NCBI RefSeq assembly: GCF_053078305.1
Contig: NZ_CP166879.1
Reading direction: 5' to 3' (one strand)
Length of the DNA: 64,000 nt
Of this stretch, positions 53,073-63,091 are shown in pieces (the stretch's first letter is position 1; every line of letters starts with the position of its first letter). The notes under the pieces were generated by a model, which saw nothing but the letters and a program-made list of their open reading frames with translations, did no database searches and was not told where the DNA came from. Made by a program: the position numbers and the translations under genes.

Positions 53073-53408
53073 TTATGGACACTGTTGTTTTAGTCCGTAA
53101 GGGCATATTTGCAGAATGCAATGATTATTAAAGCATTCTTTCAATACGTTATCTGAATTTGCAGGACATTCCTGGCTGTTTTTGATTAAATCCCAGAATC
53201 TTTTATTGAATGGTACAACGTTGTAAATGGTTACAGGTAGCACTTTGTTATTAAGTACGATACCTGTGTGAGTCAACGTAAATATACTTTCAGGAGGTAA
53301 GAAAACATCCGATTGATACCAGATTATTAATTTTATTTTACTCCATATGGCTGAAAAAGATATTCCGCATGATGGCTGGATAACTGTATCAATCACAATC
53401 CACTTCAT
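53073..53408 (-). CDS. Hypothetical Cys-rich protein on an AT-rich antisense island
   Basis: 111-aa ORF with AAGGAGG SD 5 nt upstream of the ATG; seven Cys, five in the C-terminal third; region visibly AT-rich. Confidence 0.55.
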   Translation of the reverse strand: MKWIVIDTVIQPSCGISFSAIWSKIKLIIWYQSDVFLPPESIFTLTHTGIVLNNKVLPVTIYNVVPFNKRFWDLIKNSQECPANSDNVLKECFNNHCILQICPYGLKQQCP

Positions 53409-53661
53409 TTAGCCTCCTTATTTATGCTGTGCTGGTGATGTTCTGAAAAGTATAAATGATAATTTTGAATGTAAACCATAGAGCAGAATTATTTTTCTGA
53501 TGTTGTTTATTTAAATACAGGTTTTTTATATCCCGTCTTGTAGTTTATCCATGCATACCTGCTTTATGATGAGGTTTTCATTTAAGGTATGGTTTTGTGT
53601 TTTTTTCTGTATTTCATGTCAGGTATTTTAAAGAATTGTTTTTAATATGGTGGAAAGAACC

Positions 53662-55629
53662 ATGGCATTTAAACACTACGATGTGGTCAGGGCGGCGTCG
53701 CCGTCAGACCTTGCGGAGCGACTGACTCAAAAACTGAAGGAGGGGTGGCAGCCATTTGGCAGTCCTGTCGCCATCACGCCTTATACCCTGATGCAGGCCA
53801 TTGCGGCGGAAGGTGATGTCACCACACCTGTGCTGGTGAAGCCGTCGGATGGAGAAGGCACAGTTATCAGCACCACCAGCGAACCGGAGTATTACTTTGT
53901 TGTTGTTCTGGCGGGGCAGTCAAACAGCATGGCATATGGTGAAGGCCTTCCGCTGCCGGAGACATATGACCGTCCGGACCCGCGTATTAAGCAGCTGGCG
54001 CGCCGCAGTACGGTGACACCGGGCGGTGCCGCCTGTAAGTATAACGACATTATTCCGGCGGACCATTGTCTGCATGATGTGCAGGACATGAGCCGTCTTA
54101 ACCATCCGAAAGCGAACCTGTCAAAGGGGCAGTACGGAACCGTGGGGCAGGGGCTGCATATCGGCAAAAAACTGCTGCCGTTTATACCGGCGAATGCGGG
54201 CATTCTGCTGGTTCCGTGCTGCCGTGGTGCTTCGGCATTCACAACGGGTGCAGACGGCACATACAGCGAATCAGCCGGTGCATCGGAAAATTCACTGCGC
54301 TGGGGTGTGGGTAAGCCGCTGTATCAGGATTTGGTGAGCCGGACTAAAGCCGCACTGGCGAAGAACCCGAAAAACCGTCTGCTTGCGGTGGTGTGGATGC
54401 AGGGAGAAGGTGATGCGGCAGTGGGGACGCATGCGCAGCATCCGGGGCTGTTTAGTGCGATGGTGAATCAGTTCAGAACGGAGCTTGCCGGTCTGGCATC
54501 ACAGAGCACAGGAGGCAGCGCATCAGCGGTACCGTGGATTTGCGGGGACACAACGTATTTCTGGAAGCAGCGTCATGCGGAAGGGTATGCATCAGTATAC
54601 GGAGGGTATAAGGGTAAGGAGTCGCAGAACATTTTCTTTGTACCGTTAATGACGGATGAGAATGGTGCGAATGTGCAGACCAATGACCCGGCAGAAGACC
54701 CGGACCTGGAAGCCGTCGGTTATTACGGTTCAAAGTGGCGTAATGACCAGAAGACCTGGACATCTGTGGACAGGGCAAGCCATTTCAGTTCATGGGCACG
54801 CCGTGGGATTATTTCCGACCGTCTGGCAACGGCGATTCTGGTGCATGCCGGGAGAACTGCTGAATTCATTACCGGAAAACAGCCTGATACGGTGAAGCCC
54901 ACCGGACCTTCCGGTGAAGGCCCGGAGAGAGAGCCGGAAGCCCCGGTCAGTAACCGAACCCTGATGAGTCTGCTGGCGTCCGGTGAAGACCTGGCATCAC
55001 AGGGCTGGCGCTATTATCACAAACCGGCGAGCGGAGACAATGTTGATAAAAACATCGCTGAGGCTGTGGTCAGTGATGAGGGTGCCACCGGTGGTAAGGC
55101 CCTGCAACTGAACAAACCGGAAAGCCACATCTGGTTTCTGGAGCATGATGCCGCCGGGCAGGGGGCAGAGTTGCTGAAGAAAGGCGGACGTGTGAGCGTA
55201 CGGTTTAAGGTGCCGGGCTCACTGGTGCCGAATCAGTTTGCCCTGGGTATTTACTGGCAGTTGTCGTCCCTGCCGGAGGGAGTGACGCTGGCAGAGGAAG
55301 GCAACGACATGCTGATGTCCTTCTTCCTGCAGACGGATGCGACGAACCTGAACGCGATGTACCACAAGAAGCAGAATGCGAAGCTGGATACGTTCGGGGT
55401 CTTTGATAACGGATGGCACACACTGGCTTTTGAGTTTGCCGGAAACAACAGCATTCAGGTGACGCCGGTACTGGATGAGAAACGGGGTACACCGTTCACA
55501 CTGGTGAAATCTCCGGCATCAGGGGCGGCGGACAAACTGCAACTGACAGGCATATCAAAGGCGGCGACATATACGTTGCTGATTGACAGTGTGAAGGTGG
55601 AAGTGAACAACGCGGACGCCGCGGCATGA
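53662..55629 (+). CDS. Prophage O-acetyl sialic acid esterase NanS-p-like protein (DUF1737 + SGNH/DUF303)
   Basis: About 655-aa ORF; N-terminal MAFKHYDVVRAASPSDLAERL... segment and VVVLAGQSNSMAYGEG esterase motif; located after the tRNAs and before the lysis genes as in Stx phages. Start could be the ATG at 53647. Confidence 0.7.
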   Translation: MAFKHYDVVRAASPSDLAERLTQKLKEGWQPFGSPVAITPYTLMQAIAAEGDVTTPVLVKPSDGEGTVISTTSEPEYYFVVVLAGQSNSMAYGEGLPLPETYDRPDPRIKQLARRSTVTPGGAACKYNDIIPADHCLHDVQDMSRLNHPKANLSKGQYGTVGQGLHIGKKLLPFIPANAGILLVPCCRGASAFTTGADGTYSESAGASENSLRWGVGKPLYQDLVSRTKAALAKNPKNRLLAVVWMQGEGDAAVGTHAQHPGLFSAMVNQFRTELAGLASQSTGGSASAVPWICGDTTYFWKQRHAEGYASVYGGYKGKESQNIFFVPLMTDENGANVQTNDPAEDPDLEAVGYYGSKWRNDQKTWTSVDRASHFSSWARRGIISDRLATAILVHAGRTAEFITGKQPDTVKPTGPSGEGPEREPEAPVSNRTLMSLLASGEDLASQGWRYYHKPASGDNVDKNIAEAVVSDEGATGGKALQLNKPESHIWFLEHDAAGQGAELLKKGGRVSVRFKVPGSLVPNQFALGIYWQLSSLPEGVTLAEEGNDMLMSFFLQTDATNLNAMYHKKQNAKLDTFGVFDNGWHTLAFEFAGNNSIQVTPVLDEKRGTPFTLVKSPASGAADKLQLTGISKAATYTLLIDSVKVEVNNADAAA

Positions 55630-55768
55630 TAAAAAGAGCCGCCAGCGGCAGGAATGGAAGCTGGCGGAGGTAATCCCAATGGAGAATGTAAAGAAAAGAT
55701 GCTTTCGTACATCGGTTGTTTTTTTAAATGAAAACAGTTCTCATTGTCAACCATAACGGTAAGAAATT

Positions 55769-55948
55769 ATGACATTTATTCATCAGGTGATGCTGTACTT
55801 CTGTACGGCGGTCTGTGTGCTGTATCTTCTTTCGGGTGGGTACAGGGCCGTGCGCGATTTCTGGCGCAGGCAGATTGATAAAAGGGCCGCAGAGAAAATC
55901 AGCGCCAGTCAGTCAGCCGGAAGCAAACCCGAAGAGCCGCTCATTTAG
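55769..55948 (+). CDS. Possible small membrane protein
   Basis: 59-codon ORF MTFIHQVMLYFCTAVCVLYLLSGG...; weak SD. Confidence 0.3.
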   Translation: MTFIHQVMLYFCTAVCVLYLLSGGYRAVRDFWRRQIDKRAAEKISASQSAGSKPEEPLI

Positions 55949-55988
55949 CTGCAACTTTCTTAACAACCATTTTCAACGAGAAAATCCC

Positions 55989-56234
55989 ATGTCAGAAATC
56001 ACATCCCTGGTCACTGCAGAGGCAGTGAAGGAAGTCCTGCGCTCTGAAGAAGTCCTGAGCGCACTGAAACAGAAACTCCGCCAGAACCTTGAGTCGCGTC
56101 TTGATGCAGAAGTGGATGCCATTCTGGATGAACTGCTGGGCGCACCGGCTGTTCCGGAGCCGGAAGGCATTGCGGGTGACGGGAGTGCTTCAGATGGCGG
56201 TGAACCCACACCCGACAGCGACATGATGATGTAA
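55989..56234 (+). CDS. Hypothetical acidic protein
   Basis: 81-aa [25 protein letters not shown]... upstream of the holin. Confidence 0.45.
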   Translation: MSEITSLVTAEAVKEVLRSEEVLSALKQKLRQNLESRLDAEVDAILDELLGAPAVPEPEGIAGDGSASDGGEPTPDSDMMM

Positions 56235-56310
56235 GCATGCGCAAGGGACCATCGGTGTGTGCCGGTGGTCTTTATATTGTTGTGAGCTTCCGGATTGCGG
56301 GAGACGGGGT

Positions 56311-56526
56311 ATGTACCAGATGGAAAAAATCACAACAGGTGTGTCATACACCACGTCAGCGGTGGGAACGGGCTACTGGTTCCTGCAGTTGCTGGACAGG
56401 GTTTCCCCGTCTCAGTGGGCGGCAATAGGCGTGCTGGGGAGTCTGCTGTTTGGTCTGCTGACATACCTGACGAACCTGTATTTTAAAATCAGAGAAGACC
56501 GGCGTAAGGCGGCCCGGGGAGAGTAA
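56311..56526 (+). CDS. Class II holin / pinholin (phage 21 S-like)
   Basis: Translation [71 protein letters not shown]; dual-start arrangement (ATG 56311 and 56320). Confidence 0.8.
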   Translation: MYQMEKITTGVSYTTSAVGTGYWFLQLLDRVSPSQWAAIGVLGSLLFGLLTYLTNLYFKIREDRRKAARGE

Positions 56527-56530
56527 AGCG

Positions 56531-57517
56531 ATGAATAACAAATATGAACTGGTTGTAAAAGGGATAAATCATTACCCGGATAAGATAACTGTTACGGTGG
56601 CACTGGAAATTGCCGGTCAGCCGTCGTTGTTGTCGCCATATGTGGCGATTAGTCTTGACCGTACTGAAGGTGCCACGCTGGAATTTTACGAAGCTGAGGC
56701 GAAAAAACAGGCGAAGCAGTTTTTCATGGATGCGGCTCTCGGATTACGCGAAGGGACTGCGCGATGTGGCTTTCAGAATATTTCTTCATGGACAATGCCG
56801 GAAAAAATCGCCACTTACCCGGGGCGTGAAAAGGTCAACGAACCGGTAAAAAATGCGCCTGATGATGTGCAGAGCGCGATGGTTAATGTGGAGCTTCCGG
56901 CACGTGTGACACCAGGAGTGAAAGTCGGGGAAGATTCTCGTCTTGTGCTGACCAAAAGAATAGGCAGCGTGGTCAGTGTTCATATTGATCATGAGGAAGT
57001 TCTGTCGGTTATGTACAGGGAAGACTACGATCCGAAAACAACATTCAGCGACTATGAAGCGAGAGCAAAGGAGTATGCCTTGTCGGTATTTGCTGCGGTA
57101 CGTGGCGAGGACTGTCGTAAAAACGGGCATGAAAGTGATTTTACTGTGCCTGTGTCGGACAAAAACCAGGAACGGGAGTGTAACCGGCCATCCTTTGTTG
57201 TATCCGGTGATGACGGGAAAATCACCATATCAGAAAATGGAAAAGTAACACCGCCATCGCACCAGCACAGTGAGACGCTCATTGAATTTGCCATTGATTA
57301 CCTGAAGAACAATAAAAAACAGGGGCTGATGAAGCGCATTGGTCGCTGCATGGGATATCTGCAGCTGGCGGCAGAGATTGAAGCACTTGCCAGTGGTGCA
57401 GACAGGGATGCTGCGGTGCGGGAGGCTCTTCTTTGTGATTTCAATACGCCACCCTTTAAGAAAGAGCCTGATGGCTGGATCCAGCCGGGGCTGACTTATC
57501 TTAAAGTGCGTATTTAG
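56531..57517 (+). CDS. Hypothetical 328-aa protein inserted between holin and endolysin
   Basis: Uninterrupted ORF starting 5 nt after the holin stop; no signal peptide and no motif recognised. Confidence 0.6.
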   Translation: MNNKYELVVKGINHYPDKITVTVALEIAGQPSLLSPYVAISLDRTEGATLEFYEAEAKKQAKQFFMDAALGLREGTARCGFQNISSWTMPEKIATYPGREKVNEPVKNAPDDVQSAMVNVELPARVTPGVKVGEDSRLVLTKRIGSVVSVHIDHEEVLSVMYREDYDPKTTFSDYEARAKEYALSVFAAVRGEDCRKNGHESDFTVPVSDKNQERECNRPSFVVSGDDGKITISENGKVTPPSHQHSETLIEFAIDYLKNNKKQGLMKRIGRCMGYLQLAAEIEALASGADRDAAVREALLCDFNTPPFKKEPDGWIQPGLTYLKVRI

Positions 57518-57553
57518 TGGGCCAGGGACAGCGGCTGAATATTTAATATATAC

Positions 57554-58087
57554 ATGAACGCAAAAATCAAATACGGCCTGTCAGCTGCTGTTCTGGCGCT
57601 GATTGCCGCAGGTGCGCCTGCGCCTGAAATCCTCGACCAGTTTCTTGACGAAAAAGAAGGTAACCACAGCACGGCATACCGTGATGGTGCGGGTATCTGG
57701 ACCATCTGCCGTGGTGCCACCCGGGTGGATGGTAAGCCTGTCGTCCCTGGCATGAAGCTGTCGAAGGAAAAATGCGACCAGGTTAACGCCATTGAACGTG
57801 ATAAGGCGCTGGCATGGGTGGCGAAAAACATCAAAGTGCCACTGACTGAACCCCAGAAAGCGGGGATCGCGTCATTCTGTCCTTACAACATTGGCCCAGG
57901 TAAGTGTTTCCCGTCGACGTTTTATAAACGAATTAATGCAGGCGATCGCAGGGGAGCGTGTGAGGCGATTCGCTGGTGGATTAAGGACGGTGGCAGAGAC
58001 TGCCGTATTCGCTCAAATAACTGTTACGGTCAGGTATCCCGGAGAGACCAGGAGAGCGCGCTGGCGTGCTGGGAAATCGACAGATAA
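57554..58087 (+). CDS. SAR endolysin (T4-lysozyme-type, phage 21 R-like)
   Basis: N-terminal signal-anchor-release segment LSAAVLALIAAGA and catalytic E...D...T pattern (EGNHSTAYRDGAGIWTICRG). Confidence 0.85.
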   Translation: MNAKIKYGLSAAVLALIAAGAPAPEILDQFLDEKEGNHSTAYRDGAGIWTICRGATRVDGKPVVPGMKLSKEKCDQVNAIERDKALAWVAKNIKVPLTEPQKAGIASFCPYNIGPGKCFPSTFYKRINAGDRRGACEAIRWWIKDGGRDCRIRSNNCYGQVSRRDQESALACWEIDR

Positions 58088-58243
58088 GCAGAATATTTTG
58101 CTGAAAAATGAGGTTTGCTTACATGGACGGATAACACGAAATCCTGCGAACTGGCAAAATGTAAGTGAATAAAAGTAAAAACCCCGTTTGTTGGCAGCAA
58201 GCGGGGTTTTGTGTTTCTGACCTTGGATAAGGCAAGGGAGAAC

Positions 58244-58426
58244 ATGGAAAAGTATAAACGAATTCTGTTGAGGTTGACTATGAAAAACGGCCTTGAACTG
58301 AAAGCGCCAGTAACTGATGACATCAGCAGAGCACTGGCTTTTGCTATTAAGTGGGTGGCGGTCGGTATCGCTGTGTCTCCGATGCTGTATGGGCTGGCAA
58401 AACTGGTCATTGCGTTGAAATCGTGA
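58244..58426 (+). CDS. Hypothetical small membrane protein
   Basis: 60-aa ORF MEKYKRILLRLTMKNG... with C-terminal hydrophobic helix; GGGAGA SD upstream. Confidence 0.4.
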   Translation: MEKYKRILLRLTMKNGLELKAPVTDDISRALAFAIKWVAVGIAVSPMLYGLAKLVIALKS

Positions 58427-58440
58427 AGGGAGGATTAAAC

Positions 58441-58572
58441 ATGTCAGACAAACTCATAATGCTGGCGAAGATCCTCTGTGTAATCGTCGGCATTTCATTT
58501 TCACTAATGCTGGTTGCTATTTGCTTTTCCACTGCCTGGCGCGTCTTAACTCTGTCAGGGCTGGTGGGGTGA
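58441..58572 (+). CDS. Hypothetical small membrane protein
   Basis: 43-aa ORF MSDKLIMLAKILCVIVGISFSLMLVAICFSTAWRVLTLSGLVG; GGGAGG SD upstream. Confidence 0.45.
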   Translation: MSDKLIMLAKILCVIVGISFSLMLVAICFSTAWRVLTLSGLVG

Positions 58573-58579
58573 CAGAAAC

Positions 58580-59515
58580 ATGAAATGTGTACTGTATTCC
58601 GGTGACTGTCTTGATGTTATGCCTTCATTACTACCGGGAAGTGTTGACCTGGTTTTATGTGACCCGCCGTATGGAACCATTAAAGGGCTTACACTCCGTA
58701 CATGGGATAAGAGTACGACAGCATGGGACGATGCCTTAAATCCTGAAGATATTTTCACACAGTGCGAACGACTGCTGAGGGTGGGCGGTGTGCTGGTCAT
58801 GTTCAGCCAGGAGCCGCATACAAGCACGATGATTACTCTGGCGGATAAAAACCTGCCGTTTTTATATCGTATGGTGTGGAAGAAGGAGCATTTCCCCAAC
58901 CCGCTTTCAGTAAAAAAAGCACCTGTATCTTTATTCGAGGATATCGTTGTTTTCCGGAAAAAATATGACAGTGAGAAAAACCACCCGCTGAGGGAGTACG
59001 CCCGAAATATCCTTTCTTTCATTGGCCACAGGACAGACAAGGAAGTTAACAAAACACTGGGGCACTGTCGGGCAGAGCATTTTTTTCGCGTGAACACAGT
59101 CCAGTTTTCCCTCTGCTCACAGGATACGTACAACGAGTTAATTAAACGCTTTGGTATCGACCGTATGCCGGGTTTCATGACATATGAAGAAATGTGCAAA
59201 GTGAATTCCGGTTACGGCACTGTGGTTTTTAATCTCCCTCAGGGGAAAAAATACCGCGCAAATATTCTGGAGTACGCGCGGGAGCGGGAGCGATGGCATC
59301 CGACCCAGAAGCCAGTTGCATTACTGGAAGAGCTGATTCAGACGTACAGCAACCCTGGCGACAGGGTACTGGATTTTACTATGGGGAGTGGTTCAACAGG
59401 TGTTGCATGTATCCGGACGGGGAGACGGTTTACCGGAATAGAAAAGGATGACCGGTATTTCGCTGTTGCAAAAAAACGTCTGGAAAAAGAAAACAGTGAA
59501 ATGGTGGTGATATGA
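58580..59515 (+). CDS. DNA methyltransferase (DPPY type), second copy, inserted between endolysin and Rz
   Basis: N-terminal LVLCDPPYG and C-terminal FTMGSGSTG motifs; stop overlaps the Rz start. Confidence 0.8.
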   Translation: MKCVLYSGDCLDVMPSLLPGSVDLVLCDPPYGTIKGLTLRTWDKSTTAWDDALNPEDIFTQCERLLRVGGVLVMFSQEPHTSTMITLADKNLPFLYRMVWKKEHFPNPLSVKKAPVSLFEDIVVFRKKYDSEKNHPLREYARNILSFIGHRTDKEVNKTLGHCRAEHFFRVNTVQFSLCSQDTYNELIKRFGIDRMPGFMTYEEMCKVNSGYGTVVFNLPQGKKYRANILEYARERERWHPTQKPVALLEELIQTYSNPGDRVLDFTMGSGSTGVACIRTGRRFTGIEKDDRYFAVAKKRLEKENSEMVVI

Positions 59516-59979
59516 ACCGTGTTCTGTGTGTGGTGATTATTGTCCTGCTGGTGGCCTGTGGTGCGCTTAGTCTGGGGCTGAATCATTACCGCGATAACGC
59601 CATCACCTACAAAGCGCAGCGCGATAAAAAAGCCAGAGAGCTGGAGCTGGCAAACGCAACCATTACTGATATGCAGCAGCGCCAGCGCGATGTTGCTGCG
59701 CTCGATGCTAAATACTCGAGGGAATTAGCCGATGCGAGAGCTGAAAATGAAACTCTGCGTGCTGATGTTGCCGCTGGTCGTAAGCGCCTGCGGGTTAAAG
59801 CCACCTGTCCAGGCTCCGTGCGTGAAGCCCCCACCACCTCCGGCGTGGATAATGCAACCGGCCCCCGACTGGCAGACACCGCTGAACGGGATTATTTCAT
59901 CCTCAGAGAACGGTTGATGACAATGCAGAAGCAGCTGGAAGGGGCGAAGGAATATATCCGCACTCAGTGTATTAACTAG
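59512..59979 (+). CDS. Spanin inner-membrane subunit Rz
   Basis: 155-aa ORF with N-terminal TM helix and coiled-coil periplasmic domain; contains Rz1 in the +1 frame. Confidence 0.75.
   Translation: MNRVLCVVIIVLLVACGALSLGLNHYRDNAITYKAQRDKKARELELANATITDMQQRQRDVAALDAKYSRELADARAENETLRADVAAGRKRLRVKATCPGSVREAPTTSGVDNATGPRLADTAERDYFILRERLMTMQKQLEGAKEYIRTQCIN
59732..59917 (+). CDS. Spanin outer-membrane lipoprotein Rz1 (embedded in Rz)
   Basis: Lipobox LVVSAC followed by the proline-rich [27 protein letters not shown] segment, as in lambda Rz1. Confidence 0.65.
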   Translation: MRELKMKLCVLMLPLVVSACGLKPPVQAPCVKPPPPPAWIMQPAPDWQTPLNGIISSSENG

Positions 59980-60002
59980 TATTTTTGTTATCCGGAGAAT
60001 GC

Positions 60003-60227
60003 ATGAAGAAATTACTGGTAACCGTAAAGCCTTTTCAGGGAACAATTCCGTTCCGTATTTTGCAGTGTGGTCGTGTTCTTGTTGAAGGTTCGTTCAGTGG
60101 TAAATGTACGCAATTACACTCCCGGACCTTTCAGGTGAATGCCACGAATGAAGAGCTAACCGTTGAGTGTACGATGAATGCAGCTAAATGCCGCATGGTA
60201 TCGGCTGCATTACAGCCAGTGTGTTGA
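60003..60227 (+). CDS. Hypothetical Cys-containing small protein
   Basis: 74-aa ORF MKKLLVTVKPFQG...; GGAG SD upstream. Confidence 0.4.
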   Translation: MKKLLVTVKPFQGTIPFRILQCGRVLVEGSFSGKCTQLHSRTFQVNATNEELTVECTMNAAKCRMVSAALQPVC

Positions 60228-60469
60228 GCGACCTTATTATCCATGCGCGGTATTGTCGCCGTATTCCTGCATTAACAGAGACCGCAGCCCGACAGGGAGA
60301 CTCCTCTGCGCGAGTGTGCGGGGATAATCAAAAACGATACACACCGGGGTTTACCGCGTTAACGGAGCGCGGCGTTGTCCCCTCATGGTCGCTGGTCCGG
60401 TGCGATGGTGGAAGAAACTGGATTTTGTTGCAACTGATAATCATTATCATTTTCTCGGGTCCTTTCCGG

Positions 60470-60660
60470 CATATGGACCCGTTACGGGGCGGCGACCTCG
60501 CGGATTTTCACTATTTATGAAAATTTTCCGGGATCCATGTCCGGTTTCTCTGCAAGTTAACCATATGAAAAATATAAAAACATGCTTTCCATGAACCGGA
60601 CATGCGCAAAAAATAGACACTAAAACCGGACATGACCGGTTTTGTTGTGATTGTGAGGTG
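60470..60660 (+). other. cos site (cosN with lambda-identical 12-nt cohesive-end sequence, plus cosB-like R sites)
   Basis: GGGCGGCGACCT at 60487-60498 followed by CGCGGATTTTCACTATTTATGAAAATTTTCCGG, near-identical to the lambda genome ends; three CCGGACATG-type motifs at 60536, 60596 and 60626. Confidence 0.8.
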
Positions 60661-60681
60661 AGAGTTTTTGCGAGGTGAGGA

Positions 60682-61191
60682 GTGGCTACGCAGACTGAAG
60701 TTGCCAGGCATTTAAGTCTGACCGATCGCCAGCTTCGCAGATTGCAGAAATTGCCGGGTGCCCCGATATCGAATAAGCGAGGGCAACTGGATCTGGATGC
60801 CTGGCGCGATTTTTACATATCGTATCTGAGAAGAAGTAAAAACGATGTGCCTGATGGCGATAGCGAAGACGACTATGAGGAGAAATTGCTTATTGCCAGA
60901 TGGGAACTGACAGCAGAACAGGCTGTTACACAGCAGTTAAAAAATGAGGTGTCAAAAGGAAAACTTATTGACACCGGGTTCTGTATTTTTGCCCTCAGCA
61001 AGCTGGCAATGGCGTTATCCAGTACGCTTGATTCCATCCCTTTATCCATGCAGCGACAGTTTCCTGATTTAACACCGCGCCATCTTGACCATCTGAAAAC
61101 CCTTATTGCGAAGGGGGCAAATCAGTGTGCGCGGGCGGGGGATAAATTACCGGATTTACTCGATGAATATATCAGAGCAACAACTGAATAA
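60682..61191 (+). CDS. Terminase small subunit (lambda Nu1-like)
   Basis: GTG start with GAGGTGAGGA SD; C-terminal half aligns with lambda Nu1. Confidence 0.8.
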   Translation: MATQTEVARHLSLTDRQLRRLQKLPGAPISNKRGQLDLDAWRDFYISYLRRSKNDVPDGDSEDDYEEKLLIARWELTAEQAVTQQLKNEVSKGKLIDTGFCIFALSKLAMALSSTLDSIPLSMQRQFPDLTPRHLDHLKTLIAKGANQCARAGDKLPDLLDEYIRATTE

Positions 61192-63091
61192 TATGATGAG
61201 CGCTGTCACAACAGCATTACAGCCCCTGATAAGGGCATTGCCGGTGACGCCAGTTGAATGGGCTGATCAAAATTATTATCTGCCTAAAGAATCTTCATAT
61301 GGTGAGGGAGAATGGAAAACGCTGCCGTTCCAGATCGCCATCATGAACAGCATGGGGAATGATCAGATCCGGACTGTTAATCTGATTAAATCTGCCCGTG
61401 TTGGCTATACAAAGATGTTGCTGGGAGTCGCCGGGTATTTTATTGAGCATAAATCCCGAAACAGTCTGCTTTTTCAGCCCACGGATTCTGCCGCTGAAGA
61501 TTTTATGAAGTCTCACGTGGAGGCGACGATTCGCGATGTTCCCTGCCTGAAAAAACTTTCTCCCTGGCTGGGACGTAAACATCGTGATAATACCATCACG
61601 CTGAAACGCTTTTCATCGGGTGTGGGTTTCTGGTGCCTGGGTGGTGCGGCAGCAAAAAACTACCGTGAAAAATCCGTGGATGTGGTCTGCTATGACGAGC
61701 TTTCCTCGTTCGAGCCGGATGTTGAAAAAGAGGGCTCGCCAACCCTGCTGGGGGATAAGCGTATTGAGGGCTCGGTATGGCCAAAATCCATTCGCGGCTC
61801 GACGCCAAAAATAAAAGGTTCCTGCCAGATCGAAAAAGCGGCCAACGAGTCGGCGCATTTTATGCGTTTTTATGTGCCCTGCCCACACTGCGGGGAGGAG
61901 CAGTATCTGAAATTTGGCGATGAGTCCACGCCTTTTGGCCTTAAATGGGAGAAGGACAGCCCCGAAAGCGTTTTCTACCTCTGTGAACATCATGGCTGCG
62001 TGATCCATCAGTCTGAGCTTGACCAGAGCAACGGGCGGTGGATCTGTGAAAACACGGGGATGTGGACCCGTGATGGTCTGACGTTTTTCAGCGCTGCGGG
62101 TAATGAAATTCCACCGCCGCGCTCCATCACGTTCCACATCTGGACGGCGTACAGTCCGTTCACCACCTGGGTACAGATAGTCTATGACTGGCTGGATGCA
62201 CTGAAAGATCCCAACGGCGTGAAAACCTTTGTGAACACCACGCTGGGCGAGACCTGGGAAGAGGCCGTGGGCGAAAAACTCGATCACCAGGTGCTGATGG
62301 ATAAGGTTGTGCGTTACACAGCGGCGGTGCCTGCCCGGGTGGTTTATCTGACGGCGGGTATTGACTCGCAGCGAAACCGTTTTGAGATGTATGTCTGGGG
62401 ATGGGCTCCGGGAGAGGAAGCCTTTCTGGTGGATAAAATCATCATTATGGGGCGTCCCGATGAGGAAGAGACGCTGTTACGTGTGGATGCGGCGATCAAC
62501 AAAAAATACCGCCATGCAGACGGAACCGAAATGACCATTTCCCGTGTCTGCTGGGACACAGGGGGGATCGATGGCGAAATTGTCTATCAGAGGTCAAAAA
62601 AACACGGTGTTTTCCGGGTGCTGCCGGTAAAAGGTGCATCTGTTTATGGCAAGCCGGTGATCACCATGCCAAAAACCCGCAATCAGCGGGGCGTGTATCT
62701 GTGCGAAGTGGGGACGGACACCGCAAAAGAAATTCTCTATGCCCGTATGAAAGCCGATCCCACGCCTGCGGATGAAGCCACGTCGTATGCCATCCGTTTT
62801 CCTGATGATCCGGAGATTTTTTCGCAGACAGAGGCGCAGCAACTGGTGGCGGAAGAGCTTGTGGAGAAGTGGGAAAAAGGAAAGATGCGTCTGCTGTGGG
62901 ATAACAAAAAGCGGCGTAACGAAGCGCTGGACTGCCTGGTGTATGCCTACGCGGCATTACGTGTGTCCGTGCAACGCTGGCAGCTTGATCTGGCTGTACT
63001 GGCAAAATCCCGGGAAGAAGAGACGACCCGGCCAACCCTTAAAGAACTGGCAGCGAAGCTGTCCGGAGGAGTGAATGGTTACAGTCGCTGA
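61163..63091 (+). CDS. Terminase large subunit (lambda gpA-like)
   Basis: Translation MNISEQQLNNMMSAV...; long stretches match lambda gpA (AVEWADQNYYLPKES, KSARVGYTKMLLGV, EGSVWPKSIRGSTPK, CPHCGEEQYLKFGD, KKRRNEALDC). Confidence 0.9.
   Translation: MNISEQQLNNMMSAVTTALQPLIRALPVTPVEWADQNYYLPKESSYGEGEWKTLPFQIAIMNSMGNDQIRTVNLIKSARVGYTKMLLGVAGYFIEHKSRNSLLFQPTDSAAEDFMKSHVEATIRDVPCLKKLSPWLGRKHRDNTITLKRFSSGVGFWCLGGAAAKNYREKSVDVVCYDELSSFEPDVEKEGSPTLLGDKRIEGSVWPKSIRGSTPKIKGSCQIEKAANESAHFMRFYVPCPHCGEEQYLKFGDESTPFGLKWEKDSPESVFYLCEHHGCVIHQSELDQSNGRWICENTGMWTRDGLTFFSAAGNEIPPPRSITFHIWTAYSPFTTWVQIVYDWLDALKDPNGVKTFVNTTLGETWEEAVGEKLDHQVLMDKVVRYTAAVPARVVYLTAGIDSQRNRFEMYVWGWAPGEEAFLVDKIIIMGRPDEEETLLRVDAAINKKYRHADGTEMTISRVCWDTGGIDGEIVYQRSKKHGVFRVLPVKGASVYGKPVITMPKTRNQRGVYLCEVGTDTAKEILYARMKADPTPADEATSYAIRFPDDPEIFSQTEAQQLVAEELVEKWEKGKMRLLWDNKKRRNEALDCLVYAYAALRVSVQRWQLDLAVLAKSREEETTRPTLKELAAKLSGGVNGYSR

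Noticed and set aside
52021-53646. Looked for stxA/stxB at the canonical position between the phage tRNAs and nanS-p
   Set aside because: No ORFs with Shiga-toxin subunit features (no approx. 315-aa A subunit or approx. 89-aa B subunit with signal peptides); the locus holds a TerB-like gene and an antisense ORF instead.
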